Below, in pieces: positions 14,001 through 26,972 of a stretch of DNA of 64,000 nucleotides. This stretch comes from Paraphysomonas bandaiensis (Eukaryota > Protista > Chrysophyceae): contig CBFFRP010000094.1 of the NCBI GenBank assembly GCA_965644295.1, forward strand, positions 107,008-171,007, read 5' to 3'. The position numbers and the translations under genes were made by a program. Position 1 is the first letter of the stretch. Each line of letters opens with the position of its first letter. The notes under the pieces were generated by a model, which was not told the DNA's origin, ran no database searches, and worked only from the letters and a program-made list of their open reading frames with translations.

Positions 14001-14730
14001 CCTGCTGCATACCCAGTCCGGTGGCTGGGCGGCGGAAATTGCATGGAAGAAAATTACTTCCTCGAAGTCGTCTCTGCTGAGGTTCTGTTCCCGTGTATCA
14101 TCTCTTGCTGTGGGGCAGTTCTTGAATACGTGTGCCTGTGGTGTTCAATGGATGCTGCATATCTGTCAGGCTGTACAAAGTTTTTATCTACGTCATATAC
14201 ACGATACCCTGTGGGTTGACCTTGTTAAAGCTCTTGCAAGATGCAGTTCTGTGGAAGAATTACGCAATGCTCATTCAAGCTTCTTGGAGGGTGTACAGGC
14301 CTGTAGTGGATTTATACGACCATTGGTGGACCGTTTTCTAAATCTATCACTGGGCTCTATAGATAACCTCAACGAGGCCTTTTCAGCTGCAGAGGCGTCG
14401 GAAGCAGCCCTCAATGCTATGGAATGGGGGGGAGGGGAGGGGTCCCAATCAACTGATATACTTATCATCAGATCGAGACTCAGTCAGGCGACTCGTGGGT
14501 TCTCAGTTATGTTAGATTGTATAAGGGATATTGTGAGGACTCTGGATGAAATCTCTAATGAGCAGCGTGGGCCGTTTCGCAGAAGCCAGGAACCCTTCGA
14601 ACATAGCTCCATCAGTGGCCCATCGCAGTTTTTATTGTATACAGAGCAGTATTTTTCGTCGTCGCTGCGTGCACTCATCGGTGACGTTGTTCGTGACAGG
14701 CTTATTCGTGTAGAAGAGAGTGGAAATTAG
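11066..14730 (+). CDS. TUBGCP5: Gamma-tubulin complex component, GCP5-like (Spc97/Spc98 family), multi-exon
   Basis: N-terminal RLTSHNY...LEGIREKLKING; GRIP1 EDAICREVLHMLCG; GRIP2 FMQEVFLLSG, IHFPAPLVEIL...Y...LLLH, SVEELRNAHSSFL. Confidence 0.7.
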
Positions 14731-16008
14731 TGCTATGGATTTGTGTTAGTTAAGATTTTGTACATCGAAACAACTCAAAGTCCGATGAGCACATGAGACG
14801 ACGTGACATCGGTATGTTTTTTTCATAATAATTATATAGTTGAGAAGTTTAGAATGATAAACAACTGTTCTTTCTATTGAAAAACCTAGACTTGCCTTGA
14901 TACACAATTTCTTAGCTCTCAGATATCACAACTAGTACCTAATTAATTGATTCTGCTTCTCCTTAGTTAACTGCTTACCGCCATTCCATCATCATTGTTG
15001 ATCTGTACTCATGTCCCTATTTTGTTAAAAGAAGTCGGAGTCTTGCGAACGATAGAACTTATTACTCAGTTGTAAACAACAATGTAGTGACTTGAAAGAG
15101 CTAACTCTTGTAAACGCTTTAGACAAATTTCACTAAAATTATAATGACCTTTTACTATAAACAATCTGTATGGAAATGGTATTACAGTTACTAGTTTAAT
15201 ATCGTTTATTACTATCGTAATACATTATACTACAACCTACTATGTATTTTCGTACTTTGTACCCTTTATAGAAACATTTGTAGTTATTAGGGTCGCGAAA
15301 CTATTACAGACAATAATTGAAATGGGGACAGCATATAATTGTCACAAGGACATGCTACTTTCTGATGAATCTCTCACAATTATACTTTGTAATTAAAACT
15401 ATTCTATATGTAGCTGACTATTACTGTGTGGGGTATAATTATATTTAACCTCGGGTAAGAAGGAGGCTATATCGTCTCGCGCTCCAAAGAAGGAGTGTTT
15501 GATGACCTGTTTTCGAAAGTTGACTCATCATTTTGGCTTCTCTAAAATTATGTAATATATAGAAATTACTTTCTCATGACCGTCAATATCACAAATAAGA
15601 TAGATTTTTTATATTCAAACCGAATATTGAAATTGAATGATACTATGAGCGTTCTTTTACACCTCAGGCCAAAAAATAGTTTTGAGACAAAATGGGGATA
15701 AGTTAATTGTGTCATATTAGAATTGTTGTATCCAATAGTATATCATTAGTAGCTTAAATACATTACATGCCATCAACATTTAGTATGGTGTGAAGCAAGT
15801 GTCAGTGCTCAAGTTTCAGCAGTGCTAGTATGATGAAGCACGAGATATACTGCTATACTACTATATAACAGTATTGAGAAAGAGTAAGTAAAAGTAAGAA
15901 CTTAATTTGGCAAACTGTTTTTTAATTTTGCCTTGCGGCTGTACATAGCTACTCATTACTCACAATACATATTCTAGGATGAATCTTGCAATACTTGGGC
16001 GAGACCTA

Positions 16009-16389
16009 TTACTTCTTGTCAGCTGGCATTGGAGCCTCGAAGCGCAGCTCTTTACCGAATCGGTTATAACGCTTTCCCATTTTGTATCTCAGTCCACAAT
16101 ACAAGCACGTCGCGGGCTCAGAACTTACGCGGTCCAGCTGAATATACTGAATCGGGTGACCAAGGGCGCCAGATCCTCCTTCACACACAGCGAGTGTACC
16201 AGGCACCTCAATTACAGGGACCTCAGCAATGCGTGCCTGCGCATCACTCTGCCATCGCGGGTCCGGAAATTTCTATATATACAAATTATCATTGCAAAAT
16301 ATCAATTCATTGTCATACCCGTGCTGCGGCACAGAGAGGCATGGCCTGCTGCTGGTGCTTCCACACCCTGACGCAACTGTTAAACTCAT
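16009..16389 (-). CDS. NDUFS6: NADH dehydrogenase complex I 13-kDa zinc-finger subunit (zf-CHCC); 5' end uncertain
   Basis: IAEVPVIEVPGTLAVCEGGSGALGHPIQYIQL...ATCLYCGLRY; intron at about 16273-16317. Confidence 0.85.
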
Positions 16390-16876
16390 AGCACCATAAC
16401 ACTAAAATAACACGCACCGAGAGATCGATGAACGAGAAATCGATCGAAAAGCCTGCATTATTGATGCTATGATGAAAGTGATGGGGTTTATTCACCAGAG
16501 ACAAGAGTGGCTGATGCAGTCGAATTATGTTAACATAATCAGCCATGACATGCTGCTGCTGCCTGTGCTGCTGATCTCCGCTCTGGACTACAGTACATAT
16601 ACAGAGTTCTACAGCCTTCAACATACAGCAGTATATTCAGTGTAGTTGACAGTATGCCGTATATACACAGCAGTACACCACACACCACACATATAAAATC
16701 AGTTGGTGTCCAAGATGTACTACGGTGTGTACAGCAGTAGTGTGCATGGGTAGATGAGGAGTGATCGCTCACACGTGCTCCACATCACATGCATCACATA
16801 CTTATGACAAGTAAGTTAAATATCTGTCGACCTCAACTCCCTTCTCCTTGTAGATCAGCTTGATATTTTGAGCATT

Positions 16877-18958
16877 ATGGACAAAGACAGGGGGATTGTG
16901 TCGAAATCACAGTCTCAGCTGAGATGGATGATTCTCCTCCTCAACTGTATCTTGATGATTGGAAATTATTATTGTTACGACATTCCCGCTGCATTGAAGA
17001 CCCAGATGGACGATTATATGGTAGGCGATTGACGTCATGCTTGTGTTTTACTAATGTACTTTCAGGGCAATCCGGTAGACTAAATAATTACTACGATCGT
17101 TATTGTGACTGTAATGAAATAATGCGCAGGGTAATTTTGAAACACTTTTCAGCTTATTGTATACAGTGTACTCTATTCCTAATATCTTTCTTCCATTTTT
17201 TGGTGGATATTTCGTGGACAAGTTTGGAGTCCGTCTGTGCTTGCTGTTATTCGTCTCCCTCATTGCTGCCGGACAGGTCCCGTGCGAGTGATTTATTTCA
17301 TGTTTTTGATGCAGTTGTTTAGGTCATTTTTGCGTTTGGTTTGTCTATTAAGTCGTGGCCAATAATGTTTGTCGGTCGAGTTGTCTTTGGGTTTGGTGGT
17401 GAAAGTATCGCTGTGGCTAACTCTTCAATCCTCGGTAAGTTTGTGTACCCAATATTATTGCTAGGGCCTGATGAATGTAAATGCAGCTGACTGGTTTGCT
17501 GGCAAAGAAGTTGCCTTCGCATTTGGTCTTAATCTATCTGTAGCACGACTCGGCTCTGTCTTCAATAACCTTCTCTCTCCAGTATTGGCCGACTCTGCTG
17601 GAGTACCCTTCGCATTGTGGTTCGGTACCATTCTTTGTGCTTCAAGTGTTTTCTGCGCTATGGTTGTCATCCCTATTGACAAAGGCTTGGAGGAAAAAAT
17701 TGCCGCAAATAAACTTGCAGTTGAGGACTCAAACCTTGAGGTAAATAGTGTTATTCATGTTAGAGTGTGTATGATGGCTTTCAGGTTGATCTCAAACGAC
17801 CTCGGGACGAGGAAGACGAAGACATTGAAGAGGAGGTAAAGTTCAAGGATGTGCTCTCTTTCCCAAAGCCGTTTTGGATTCTCGTTATATCTTGTCTAGT
17901 TGTGTATGGTAAGATTTAACATATTATCCAAAATTCTGTGTCACCGATTATAGGATGCGTATTACCTTTCAACAACATCGCTTCCAGTTTGCTTCTTGAG
18001 AGAGACTTTTTCATGGAACCACCGAATAAGTGCGTGCTGACTATTCCCAATGAGTGTCAGTCGAGCTCAAATCCACCTATTCACTGCCCCTCGTCTGACT
18101 TTTACCAACCACCCCTGCCTATTAACATCACTATTGATGACAAGTACTATGCCGAGTTAACTCCAGATGATATTGACTGCGGGGATGACGACTGGAGTGA
18201 TGGATGTGCTAAGGAGTACTGCAACAGGCAGTCTGATGGCATCAAAGCTGCTGCCACTGTTATGTCTATCCCTTACATCATATCTGCATGCCTATCTCCC
18301 GTACTTGGAGGGTTTGTTGACAAGTTTGGTATGCGGGCGATTATCGCTACCCTTGCACCTGGCTGTCTGGTGGCTGTGCACCTCTTAATGGCATCCACAT
18401 CAGTAGACCCTATCGGTATGAATGTAAAGCTGCTACATTTCATTTTGCGTGATCGTGTAAATATTTTGTTTTATATTCCACCTTATATCACTTTCAGGCC
18501 CTATGGTCGGACAGGGCCTCGCCTATTCTGCATTTGCAGCTGTAATATGGCCCTCGGTTCCTCTAGTCGTGGAGAAGAAGTTCATTGGCCTCGGCTATGG
18601 CGCCATTACTAGTATACAGAATGCTGGTCTCGCATGCTTCCCCCTTATTGTGGCGGCCATTTACAAATCGTCGGATGATGAGTACATTCCTAACGTGGAG
18701 TTTTTCTTTGTGGCCTTGGCATGTCTCGGAGTTACAGTGGGCATTCTATTGAACGTGTACGACGTGTACCACAATAACGTTTTCAACTCCCCTGGTAAGC
18801 CAGAGGATGACGCTGTTTATGAGGCCCTGCTTGGTGTAGAAGAAGACCAAGGCGGACGTAAGCACTCAGCAGCTCTAGATGCCCCTCCACGAGCTGTTTC
18901 CAAGGGCTCATTCAGCGTGCAGGAGGAGATCTATCGTGCCAGGATGAAGTCTTCTTAA
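16877..18958 (+). CDS. MFSD1: MFS transporter, MFSD1-like (lysosomal), multi-exon
   Basis: LRWMILLLNCILMIGNYYCYDIPAAL, GRVVFGFGGES, WFAGKEVAFAFGLNLSVARLGS, SIPYIISACLSPVLGGFVDKFG, GYGAITSIQNAGLA. Confidence 0.85.
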
Positions 18959-19898
18959 GATAACATCTGGCCATACAGACTAGCTACTGTCAGCATTGTA
19001 CAGTCATTGATATCGTAACCGTTTTCAGGTTATAGTCAGTTTAATGACTCCGTAGCTTTAGTATTGAGAATGTTTTCCTTAAAACTAGTAATAACACACT
19101 TTTCAATAAACTATTTTAGTGGTATTCCTGGCTGGTTTCATTATAAAAAGTCTAGGAATATCATATGTGTGTCAACTACTATATGTTTACATACTTCAAA
19201 CATGATGGATTGTGTGATGGACTGGTGACAATAGCGCGCATTCACCATTTCACCACACAACATACTAAACAATCACAATACTGCATTTATAAAATAATAA
19301 TATATTAAGTAAAATATCTTGTGCAATCCATTTTAACGCTACGAGAACTGCTCCTTGTGCGTTGCCGCAAGCACCAAGGTGCGACCATTCTCACTATGCT
19401 GATATGATAGATGGGTAGCTGAGTATATATGATATATGGACGTTGTACAACGTACAGCATCTAAGTCTACTACTACCACACTGGAACGTGTAAGACTACA
19501 CATACATTTTGTGCAATTTGCATCGGGGACTGCCTTTTGTGCCTCACGTCAGGCACCAGGGGAAGCAGTAATATACACTTCTGAGATTGCATTCTGGTGG
19601 CCTTCGCTTAGGCATTAAAGATATGATTTGTAGAGAAAAAATTGGTGATTGATGTGTTGCTACAATTACCCTACAGCAACACAACGTTATTATCTCCTAA
19701 TATATATAATTCAGCAATACACAACCTCGACTACGATGCAAATTAATTGCATGGAGATCTGTCAGCCATAACTCATAGTCAACCGCTACGACATACATCT
19801 ACTAAGCATTTATAATACTCTACATCTGGACACAGAAGGAAACAATCAATGTTAAATGGCTGAACTTTCTAAACTTAAATGTTTGTCCCATCATTGGT

Positions 19899-19914
19899 GG
19901 TGTTAAAAAACACC
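19899..19914 (-). other. Histone 3' stem-loop (GGTGTT-TTTT-AACACC) of H2A copy 1
   Basis: 6-bp stem and 4-nt loop 25 nt after the stop, followed by ACCA. Confidence 0.85.
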
Positions 19915-19939
19915 GATTGAATTACATAACATACCACAC

Positions 19940-20362
19940 TTAGTAGTCCTGAGAAGCAGAAGCTTTGGCTTTCTTCGAAGGAGCAGAAGAAGAAGCAGAC
20001 TTCTTGGGAAGGAGCACATTGTGGATGTTGGGGAGGACACCACCCTGAGAGATGGTGACTCCGCCCAGAAGCTTGTTGAGCTCCTCGTCATTGCGAACAG
20101 CCAGCTGAATGTGGCGAGGGATGATGCGGGTCTTCTTGTTGTCCCTGGCAGCGTTACCAGCAAGCTCAAGAATCTCAGCAGTGAGGTACTCAAGCACAGA
20201 GGCAAGGTAGACGGGAGCACCAGCACCAACTCTGGGAGCATATCGACCCTTCTTCAGGTATCTGCCGATACGGCCAACTGGGAACTGAAGACCAGCCTTG
20301 GCTGAAGATGAAGTGGACTTCTTGGCAGTACCACGGCCAGATTTTCCAGTCTTAGCGGGCAT
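19940..20362 (-). CDS. H2A: Histone H2A with C-terminal SQDY (H2A.X-type), intronless
   Basis: [20 protein letters not shown]...[25 protein letters not shown]; ends ASQDY. Confidence 0.98.
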   Translation of the reverse strand: MPAKTGKSGRGTAKKSTSSSAKAGLQFPVGRIGRYLKKGRYAPRVGAGAPVYLASVLEYLTAEILELAGNAARDNKKTRIIPRHIQLAVRNDEELNKLLGGVTISQGGVLPNIHNVLLPKKSASSSAPSKKAKASASQDY

Positions 20363-20658
20363 GTTTAGTTGAATCAACGAGAGTCAATTTCTATACTGCT
20401 AATTTCTGTATTTGAAATTATGAGACTTCCCACACTTCAAAAAACAAATCACTGCCAGCTCATGTCGTTTCAAGATACGATTTTCTAATTCAGATGCTAT
20501 TTTTCACTCACGAGCAGACCAAAGATGCAAAAAAAGAAATGCGACCACTCAAGATACGCTCTGCTGTGAGTTGTTTGAAGTGTGCTTGGGTGTGTTTTTG
20601 TTTGAGTGGGGAATCATATTTCTGATATTTGGAAGGAAACAAACACTCACTCAAGACA

Positions 20659-21012
20659 ATGGCTAAGACTCCTGGAAAGAAGAGCGTAAAGGCTCCCGCC
20701 AAGAAGGCTGCTGGCAAAGGCCACAAGAAGAGGGTAGAAAGCTACTCTTCTTACGTGTACAAGGTGCTTAAGCAGGTCCACCCTGAGACTGGTATCTCCA
20801 AGAGAGGAATGTCTATCATGAACTCTTTTGTCAACGATATCTTCGAGAGAATCGCTTCTGAGGCTTCTCGTCTTGCTCGTTACAACAAGAAGTCTACTCT
20901 GTCCTCCAGAGAGATTCAGACTGCTGTTCGTCTCATGCTCCCTGGTGAGCTCGCCAAGCATGCCGTCTCTGAGGGCACCAAGGCCGTCACTAAGTTCACT
21001 TCTTCCGCTTAA
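20659..21012 (+). CDS. H2B: Histone H2B, intronless
   Basis: [21 protein letters not shown]...[30 protein letters not shown]. Confidence 0.98.
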   Translation: MAKTPGKKSVKAPAKKAAGKGHKKRVESYSSYVYKVLKQVHPETGISKRGMSIMNSFVNDIFERIASEASRLARYNKKSTLSSREIQTAVRLMLPGELAKHAVSEGTKAVTKFTSSA

Positions 21013-21049
21013 ACGTCGGCTTTGTTAGCATTCACGGGATATTTTAATT

Positions 21050-21065
21050 GGTGTTTCTTAACACC
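21050..21065 (+). other. Histone 3' stem-loop (GGTGTT-TCTT-AACACC) of H2B copy 1
   Basis: 6-bp stem and 4-nt loop followed by ACCCA. Confidence 0.85.
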
Positions 21066-21831
21066 ACCCATTATACGGAAATATCAATTGATGCAACCTG
21101 TTGTTTATAGACTATGTGAGTAATAGCTGTATATTCCCTTGATAATAGGATTAGAAGGCGCAGTCAGAGTAAGGAATAAGTTTCGCCACCGTAGTGTATA
21201 GAGTCCAGTTGAAAAATCTTTGTTAAATTGCTTGGAGATATCTGAAAACTAGTATCGTATTACGCCCCCATGGATCCAAGCTTCAAGAGGGAATGAAGCG
21301 TAATCGACCGTGCAAAGAAACAGTACCTTTCAAAATGTATAATGAGAGGCCAACCTTCCATTTTAACAGCCATTAAGGGCTATAAATCGCTGTCGTCCTC
21401 AACGTTTTCCAAGTTCTCATACGTAGTCAAATATACTATATAGCTATAACTGTGAAGCTAAATCGTTGTCAAGATACGGAAGTTAACAAGAGGTTGAAAT
21501 AAACGAAATAGTTTTCATGTTGTTGATATGTTTTACATGACAACACACTCAATTGTGTATGCAATATTATAAAAGACTCTATCTAGTTTGATTACTATAA
21601 ACTTCCCTAACGATCATAATGTGAAAATGACCAATAGCCAATAAAGACTTCAATTTTCAAATTTTACGGTTGGCATAAGAGTCAGACACCAAACAAAGCA
21701 AAATATATTGCTCCGTTACCCTGGTACATTATGCATGTTGCATCAGCTTGGAAGGTTGTAGTCAATTGTCTGGGTGAATAAAAATATAAAATATCTACAA
21801 ATGTCGTTTTGAAAACTAGAAATATATTACC

Positions 21832-22019
21832 ACTATATCAGTTTACACCACAGGTAGATTCGACAAAGCCAATGATTACTAATTACAAATATGGGTTGGT
21901 TCAAATGACTCTGTGGCTACAACTATATTGGTTTACACTTTACACAATAGGTAGATTCGACTATGCCAATGATACCTAATTACGAATATGGGTTGGTTCA
22001 TATAACGCTGTGGCTACAT
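21832..22019. repeat. Diverged tandem duplication of a ~92-bp unit
   Basis: Two copies of ...ggtagattcgac.a.gccaatgat...aattac.aatatgggttggttca...ctgtggctaca. Confidence 0.8.
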
Positions 22020-23040
22020 CTTGGAAGCAATTACAAGCATGTTCCCTGTCAAGTGGTATCAAGCGTATATATGAGAATCCATGTTCATTGAATCAACGTC
22101 GAAGATAATATATATTTATAATTTATATGCTGGAAGGGATCAAAGTAGTCATTTTTCTGGTCGATTCCGGCAAAAATGGTATAAACTATAAACAAATCAT
22201 TGGATCTTTGTTGCCAAGAAATTATATAGAAAGATGGAATCTACTCTAAAAGACTACTAGTTAGTAGACACACATAAACTCAGTGTTAAACCACAATGAA
22301 TTGGTGTGTACAATTTTTACATCTGTTCCATAAAACATGGTAGCCTGTGCACTAACACCACTAAAGCATAATAAACAGCTTATACTGCTTATAGTATATG
22401 ATCTAAGAGGTCAAGTAAGTGATAGGCTTGGCGATACTTTATATATATGCAGATTTTTAACGCCTATTGCTAAATAATAAGACTTTCAACTTTTATATTT
22501 TATATGATAGTCCCATTCTGAGGACGTTCCCAAGTGTCGTGCTAGTGCAGCTTAAACTAACCATAAGTAATAAATTGATATTTATTGAAATCCGGGTGAA
22601 TTCTTTTTGCGTGGTGCCAAGCAAGCTCCAGATAGATCTACACTATACTTGCGTGGCCCAGACATGATTATGATGTAATCTGGGGGAGCTAAGCTAATGC
22701 CTTGCTAGATCTACACAACCATACATGGTTCATGGCCATGCGTAGCTATGAGAATCCCATCGTCTTTACCAATGGTTCATCATCTTTGCCAGGGATGGAA
22801 TGGTCCTAGACCTGAACTACTAACAGGGTCATACATAGCCTCATTGAACGTGAACACGGGTGAACGGCAGGACGGCTCTGTCTACATGGTCAGCCAAGAT
22901 AGTGAACGGGTGGGATGATTGTGTAGAATCAGCATTATAGGTGGTGTATCGGTGAGTCAGCGTCCACACAATATGGCCACATGTATGATGATATACCTAT
23001 ACACACAAAGATACAGGAAGCCAAACCCCCTGAAAAACTA

Positions 23041-23090
23041 AACTCCTATAAATTCCTATAAATTCCTATAAATTCCTATAAATGCCCTAT
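23041..23090 (+). repeat. 10-bp tandem (AATTCCTATA)x4-5, giving repeated TATAAAT upstream of the sulfotransferase-like gene
   Basis: Read directly. Confidence 0.8.
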
Positions 23091-23275
23091 TTTATTATAA
23101 ATATGGATTTTCATATATCTGTGTGCAACATCTAGACATGATCAGGAATACACACTGCTGTACTTCCCCTCCTGTAACGGATTCCGGACATGTGAATGGA
23201 CTGAAGGGAACATGAACGGAGCGAAGGGCATATGAACAAGAACAAGAAGATCTGCTTAGTGGGGTGTATGCTGGC

Positions 23276-24225
23276 ATGTTATTAAGGAATCTGCTGGTGT
23301 TTGTACTAGTGCTATTGATTTCTGTATCCCCAGTGGCGTGTTATGACTGCTGGTTCGGTTACTCCACAGGTGTGTCATCATTGCAGTTGTTTACACCTTT
23401 AGAAACTGCTCGTCAATATCATGTTATCTCGTTGTAATTGTTGTTGCAGGTCATTGTGGCACCACGACTCTGTCCTCACCGCACAGTTATGAAAATGTTT
23501 CTGATGTTGGCTTCGGTTTCGAGGGAAAGTATGGCGGCACCAACATGCAAATACCAACTCACGAATATAGGGAGTTTACGTCTGTGGATGATGAACTCCA
23601 ATGGGTGAAAAATGTATTGGCCCCAAATCTGTACCAATCACTCGAAAATACAAAGAAGAAAGTATATGTAGACTTTGGGCACCACTCTCTTTATTTTTAT
23701 CGGGGACTTGCCTTGTATTTACTTGAAAAGGATCCTATGTTCTGTAGCACTCTGCATATAGTGAGGATTCGTAGAGAGAGATATGAGTTAGCACAAAGTC
23801 TCATGTATATTCGCGAATCCGAAAAACAGAAATCCTTGTCGCAAATGGTATATCGTTTCGTACCTGCGGAGCGCAAACAGGACGTCCTGCTTCCCCCACC
23901 TGTGGATTCCAGTGGTAATTCAGTATTTCAGAAACTTACCACCTACCAGCAAATGCTATGGTTCATTGATGAAACCGAAGCGAGGTGGTTACAATTCAAG
24001 TTAAATTATCAACACATATCTGGACTCGAACTGCATGAGGTTTCTTGGACAAATGCAGATAACAGCATGCCTGGAGTAGTAAAACAGATTTCCCACTGGC
24101 TCGGGGGGCACCCAAGTATGAAAATTCATCAATTGAAGAAGCACGCTGGTGATCTCACTGTCAATAAGGCTTATGGTAAAAATGCCGACATGGACTATTG
24201 GAGGATGATGAACTTTACTGAATAG
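23276..24225 (+). CDS. Secretory-pathway sulfotransferase-like protein (2 exons)
   Basis: Signal peptide MLLRNLLVFVLVLLISVSPVAC. Splicing intron 23370-23449 gives the PSB-like loop YSTGHCGTTTL. A 3'-PB-like IVRIRRERYELAQS follows. Confidence 0.6.
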
Positions 24226-26629
24226 ATCCCAAGGTTCAGAGAGCAAACAAGTTAATCATATACATACGTTTTCCATCTTTTGATTATATGTTAGTTGATA
24301 TATATGTGTAATGTCGTTTTTTTGTTTTTTCTTTCCTATGTTTTATGAACCTTTTGGAAAAGTTTGGTAAATAATATATGTTGTTTTTGCTAAGAATATT
24401 GCAATGTAGCACGCATAACACATCGACGAAAACAATATTATTTTTCAGATTTCTTCATTTTTTTCGATACTAAGAGTTCGACTTCATGCAAGCAAATACG
24501 ACGATTTATATATCTGCTTATTATTGTGTTTTAGTTATGCAAACGGTAATGAGCTGGATATTAATTATGCGTAAAGACTATGATTAATAATCGTTGCTAC
24601 TGTAATAATCTGGAAAATACACTTCAAAATAACTTAGCTGTTTTTTGCTCTGTTTTTTATTTTACTTTACATAGTAATTCTTAATAGTGCTTTTGAATCT
24701 GCATTAATATATTTTATTTTTTATCTATAACTTTAAGCCTGTTTACATCGTAGGGCATTTATGGAGGGACAGCGGAAACATTTTTGAAAGTGTTTTGTCC
24801 ATGTATGTATTGTGTTTGTACGAAATAGAAGATTATCTCATTTTCATTAATATTTCGTGAACAGCTGTGAGTGCACATCGTAGCTATGATATGATAACTC
24901 CTAAATATACGCAACTCTGTTGAACAACAAAAGATGTTAATTTATTAGCATTTCTCTGTTGTGTTATCTTTTATAGGATGTCACAGAAGCACGCTTTCTA
25001 CCAGCAACCACGTTAACTGCCCTGATACTACCACTCTGTCAACCCATTGATTATCATGAGCAACATATATGTAGTGTCCAGCAGTTATTGCCCTATTCTA
25101 ACCTACTTCTAACTACTTGTTGTGGTCTTAAATACAAAAACTTAAGTTTATCAGTACAACCATCAATATATGTGACACCATATAACTTCAGTGTTAAGGC
25201 GTACTACCTACTGCAGGAACTGACAAGTGAAGAAAGTTGCAGCAGTGATTGCGAATCGGTTCATGTGAGTAACACGACTCGAAGTCTCAGTGACGTCGAA
25301 GAAAAAGCAAACATAATAGCAAAATAAAAATGGCCTTGTATGCAGAAATTGTACTTTAACGAGCAGCGATTTCACGAGATCGAGTATGAAATTAAACGAT
25401 TTTGGGAAGGGAATATGCATTCAAAAAACAAGACTTGTCGCTTATGAAATAAATTTTGAATACACTTGTACTTTGTAGCACCATGTGTATGTACCATGCC
25501 ACAATAATACGAACAAATATGGACATATATATATATTGTAGTAATGGGTTTTTTATTTAGTAGAGTAGTGACTTGTACTTGTAAATACTCTGCGTGCGAT
25601 TCATTCAATTGCTATGTCTTGTGCGCAAACAAGAAAATTTATGGGCAAACAAAACCATAATATATATGTATGATAGAAAAGTGTTCAATAAAGTTTTATA
25701 TTTCTTTTAGCAAAAGAGTATTAATAACTTTCAGATTTCAGATACTAGCATTAGCATTAATTATCAAAATTTGCATTAATAAATATCGAGGGATTATACA
25801 TATTATTGGTGGATATTGTAGTGAGCGTATATAATCCCTCCGATATCAGATATTCTAGGTTATTATATATAATATCCTATGAAATCTTTAATTATAATTG
25901 AAACAATAATATTTGCTGTCTTTGTAATGTAATAGAACGATATATGAACTTTAGTATTCATTTAGTCCTCAGTTTCCCCACACTATGGAATAGTTTACAG
26001 GATTTTGTGCACCGAAATCATGACATTAACATATTTAAAGTAAGTGCAATATTTTCTGCTCATAATAAGGGCAACATACGGTCATACCATGATAATGCCC
26101 AAAACAATTAGAAGAAGTATAATACTACTGTGACTCAGAGTATAATAAAGTTGCTATTGTTATATACACGCTTGCTTCTTGCCATCACATCATAAGAGGA
26201 TAATATAATATTATACACGCAAGAGATAAATATCTTGCTTTAAATAGTATTGACACAATAGTATCCTGCAGCCCCACAGTATAAAAGTTGCGTTTACAGA
26301 AAGATCTACACATATTTTTTCTAAAAGCAAAGAATAATTCGTAAATGCCAAACGCTGGAAACCGCTAACAAAGTGACGACGCGTGCTACAAACTAGGGCC
26401 TGGTATCCATTATAATTATGGTAAATTGGGCACCCATTAATAGCATTTAACGGCATATATGCTGCAAGTAATAAAGTGCTTTAAAGATATAGTGTCTTCT
26501 CTATTCTCCAAGGAAACTCAAAAGATAATGTTTATGCACACTCTACAGCTATGTTGTTGTGGTATCTGTGCGCTTCATAAGAACAGTTTTAAATGTCAAA
26601 GAATATTTGGCAAAACTTGAAATATTATT

Positions 26630-26815
26630 GAGTGTTACGCTGCTTTTCAACGAGATAGTACTAATTTTTACCAAACCCGCCATATATTTGATATACTGCG
26701 ACAAGAATTTTCGGAGCTGCATTCTCATAACCTTTTGCCAAATGCAAGCAATGTTGTCAAAGCAAAATTTGCAAAAGCAGTAGCTAAAATTCAGGGGAAC
26801 GATGGGAGAGAACAA
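26630..26815 (+). pseudogene. hAT transposase fragment (central region)
   Basis: Frame reads FQRDSTNFYQTRHIFDILRQEFSEL...LLPNASNVVKAKFAKAVAKIQG, like oomycete-type hAT transposases. Confidence 0.55.
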
Positions 26816-26972
26816 GCAGGCACACTATTAATTATACGTGCAATTGCTAATGCCGGGAGTCCCTTATTTTATTACTGGACCTGGTAACCATTAATGGCCT
26901 ATTAATGATAGTCCAGTTCCCGACAATTATAAATGTCGTTAATGAAAAATCACTGATTTAGTTGTCATAAAT

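Larger units (their letters stand above)
19241..21645. repeat. Left arm of a ~2.4-kb inverted segmental duplication carrying H2A-H2B
   Basis: Reverse complement of 30797-33233; near-identical over the genes, with indels at the edges. Confidence 0.9.

Noticed and set aside
19903-21028. Overlapping and antisense ORFs on the histone genes (also at 28 kb and 31-32 kb)
   Set aside because: Shadow frames of codon-biased histone CDSs, conserved only because the DNA is duplicated.
25783-26917. Small imperfect hairpins at 25783-25846 and 26874-26917
   Set aside because: Single copies in AT-rich debris; no RNA-gene or MITE evidence.
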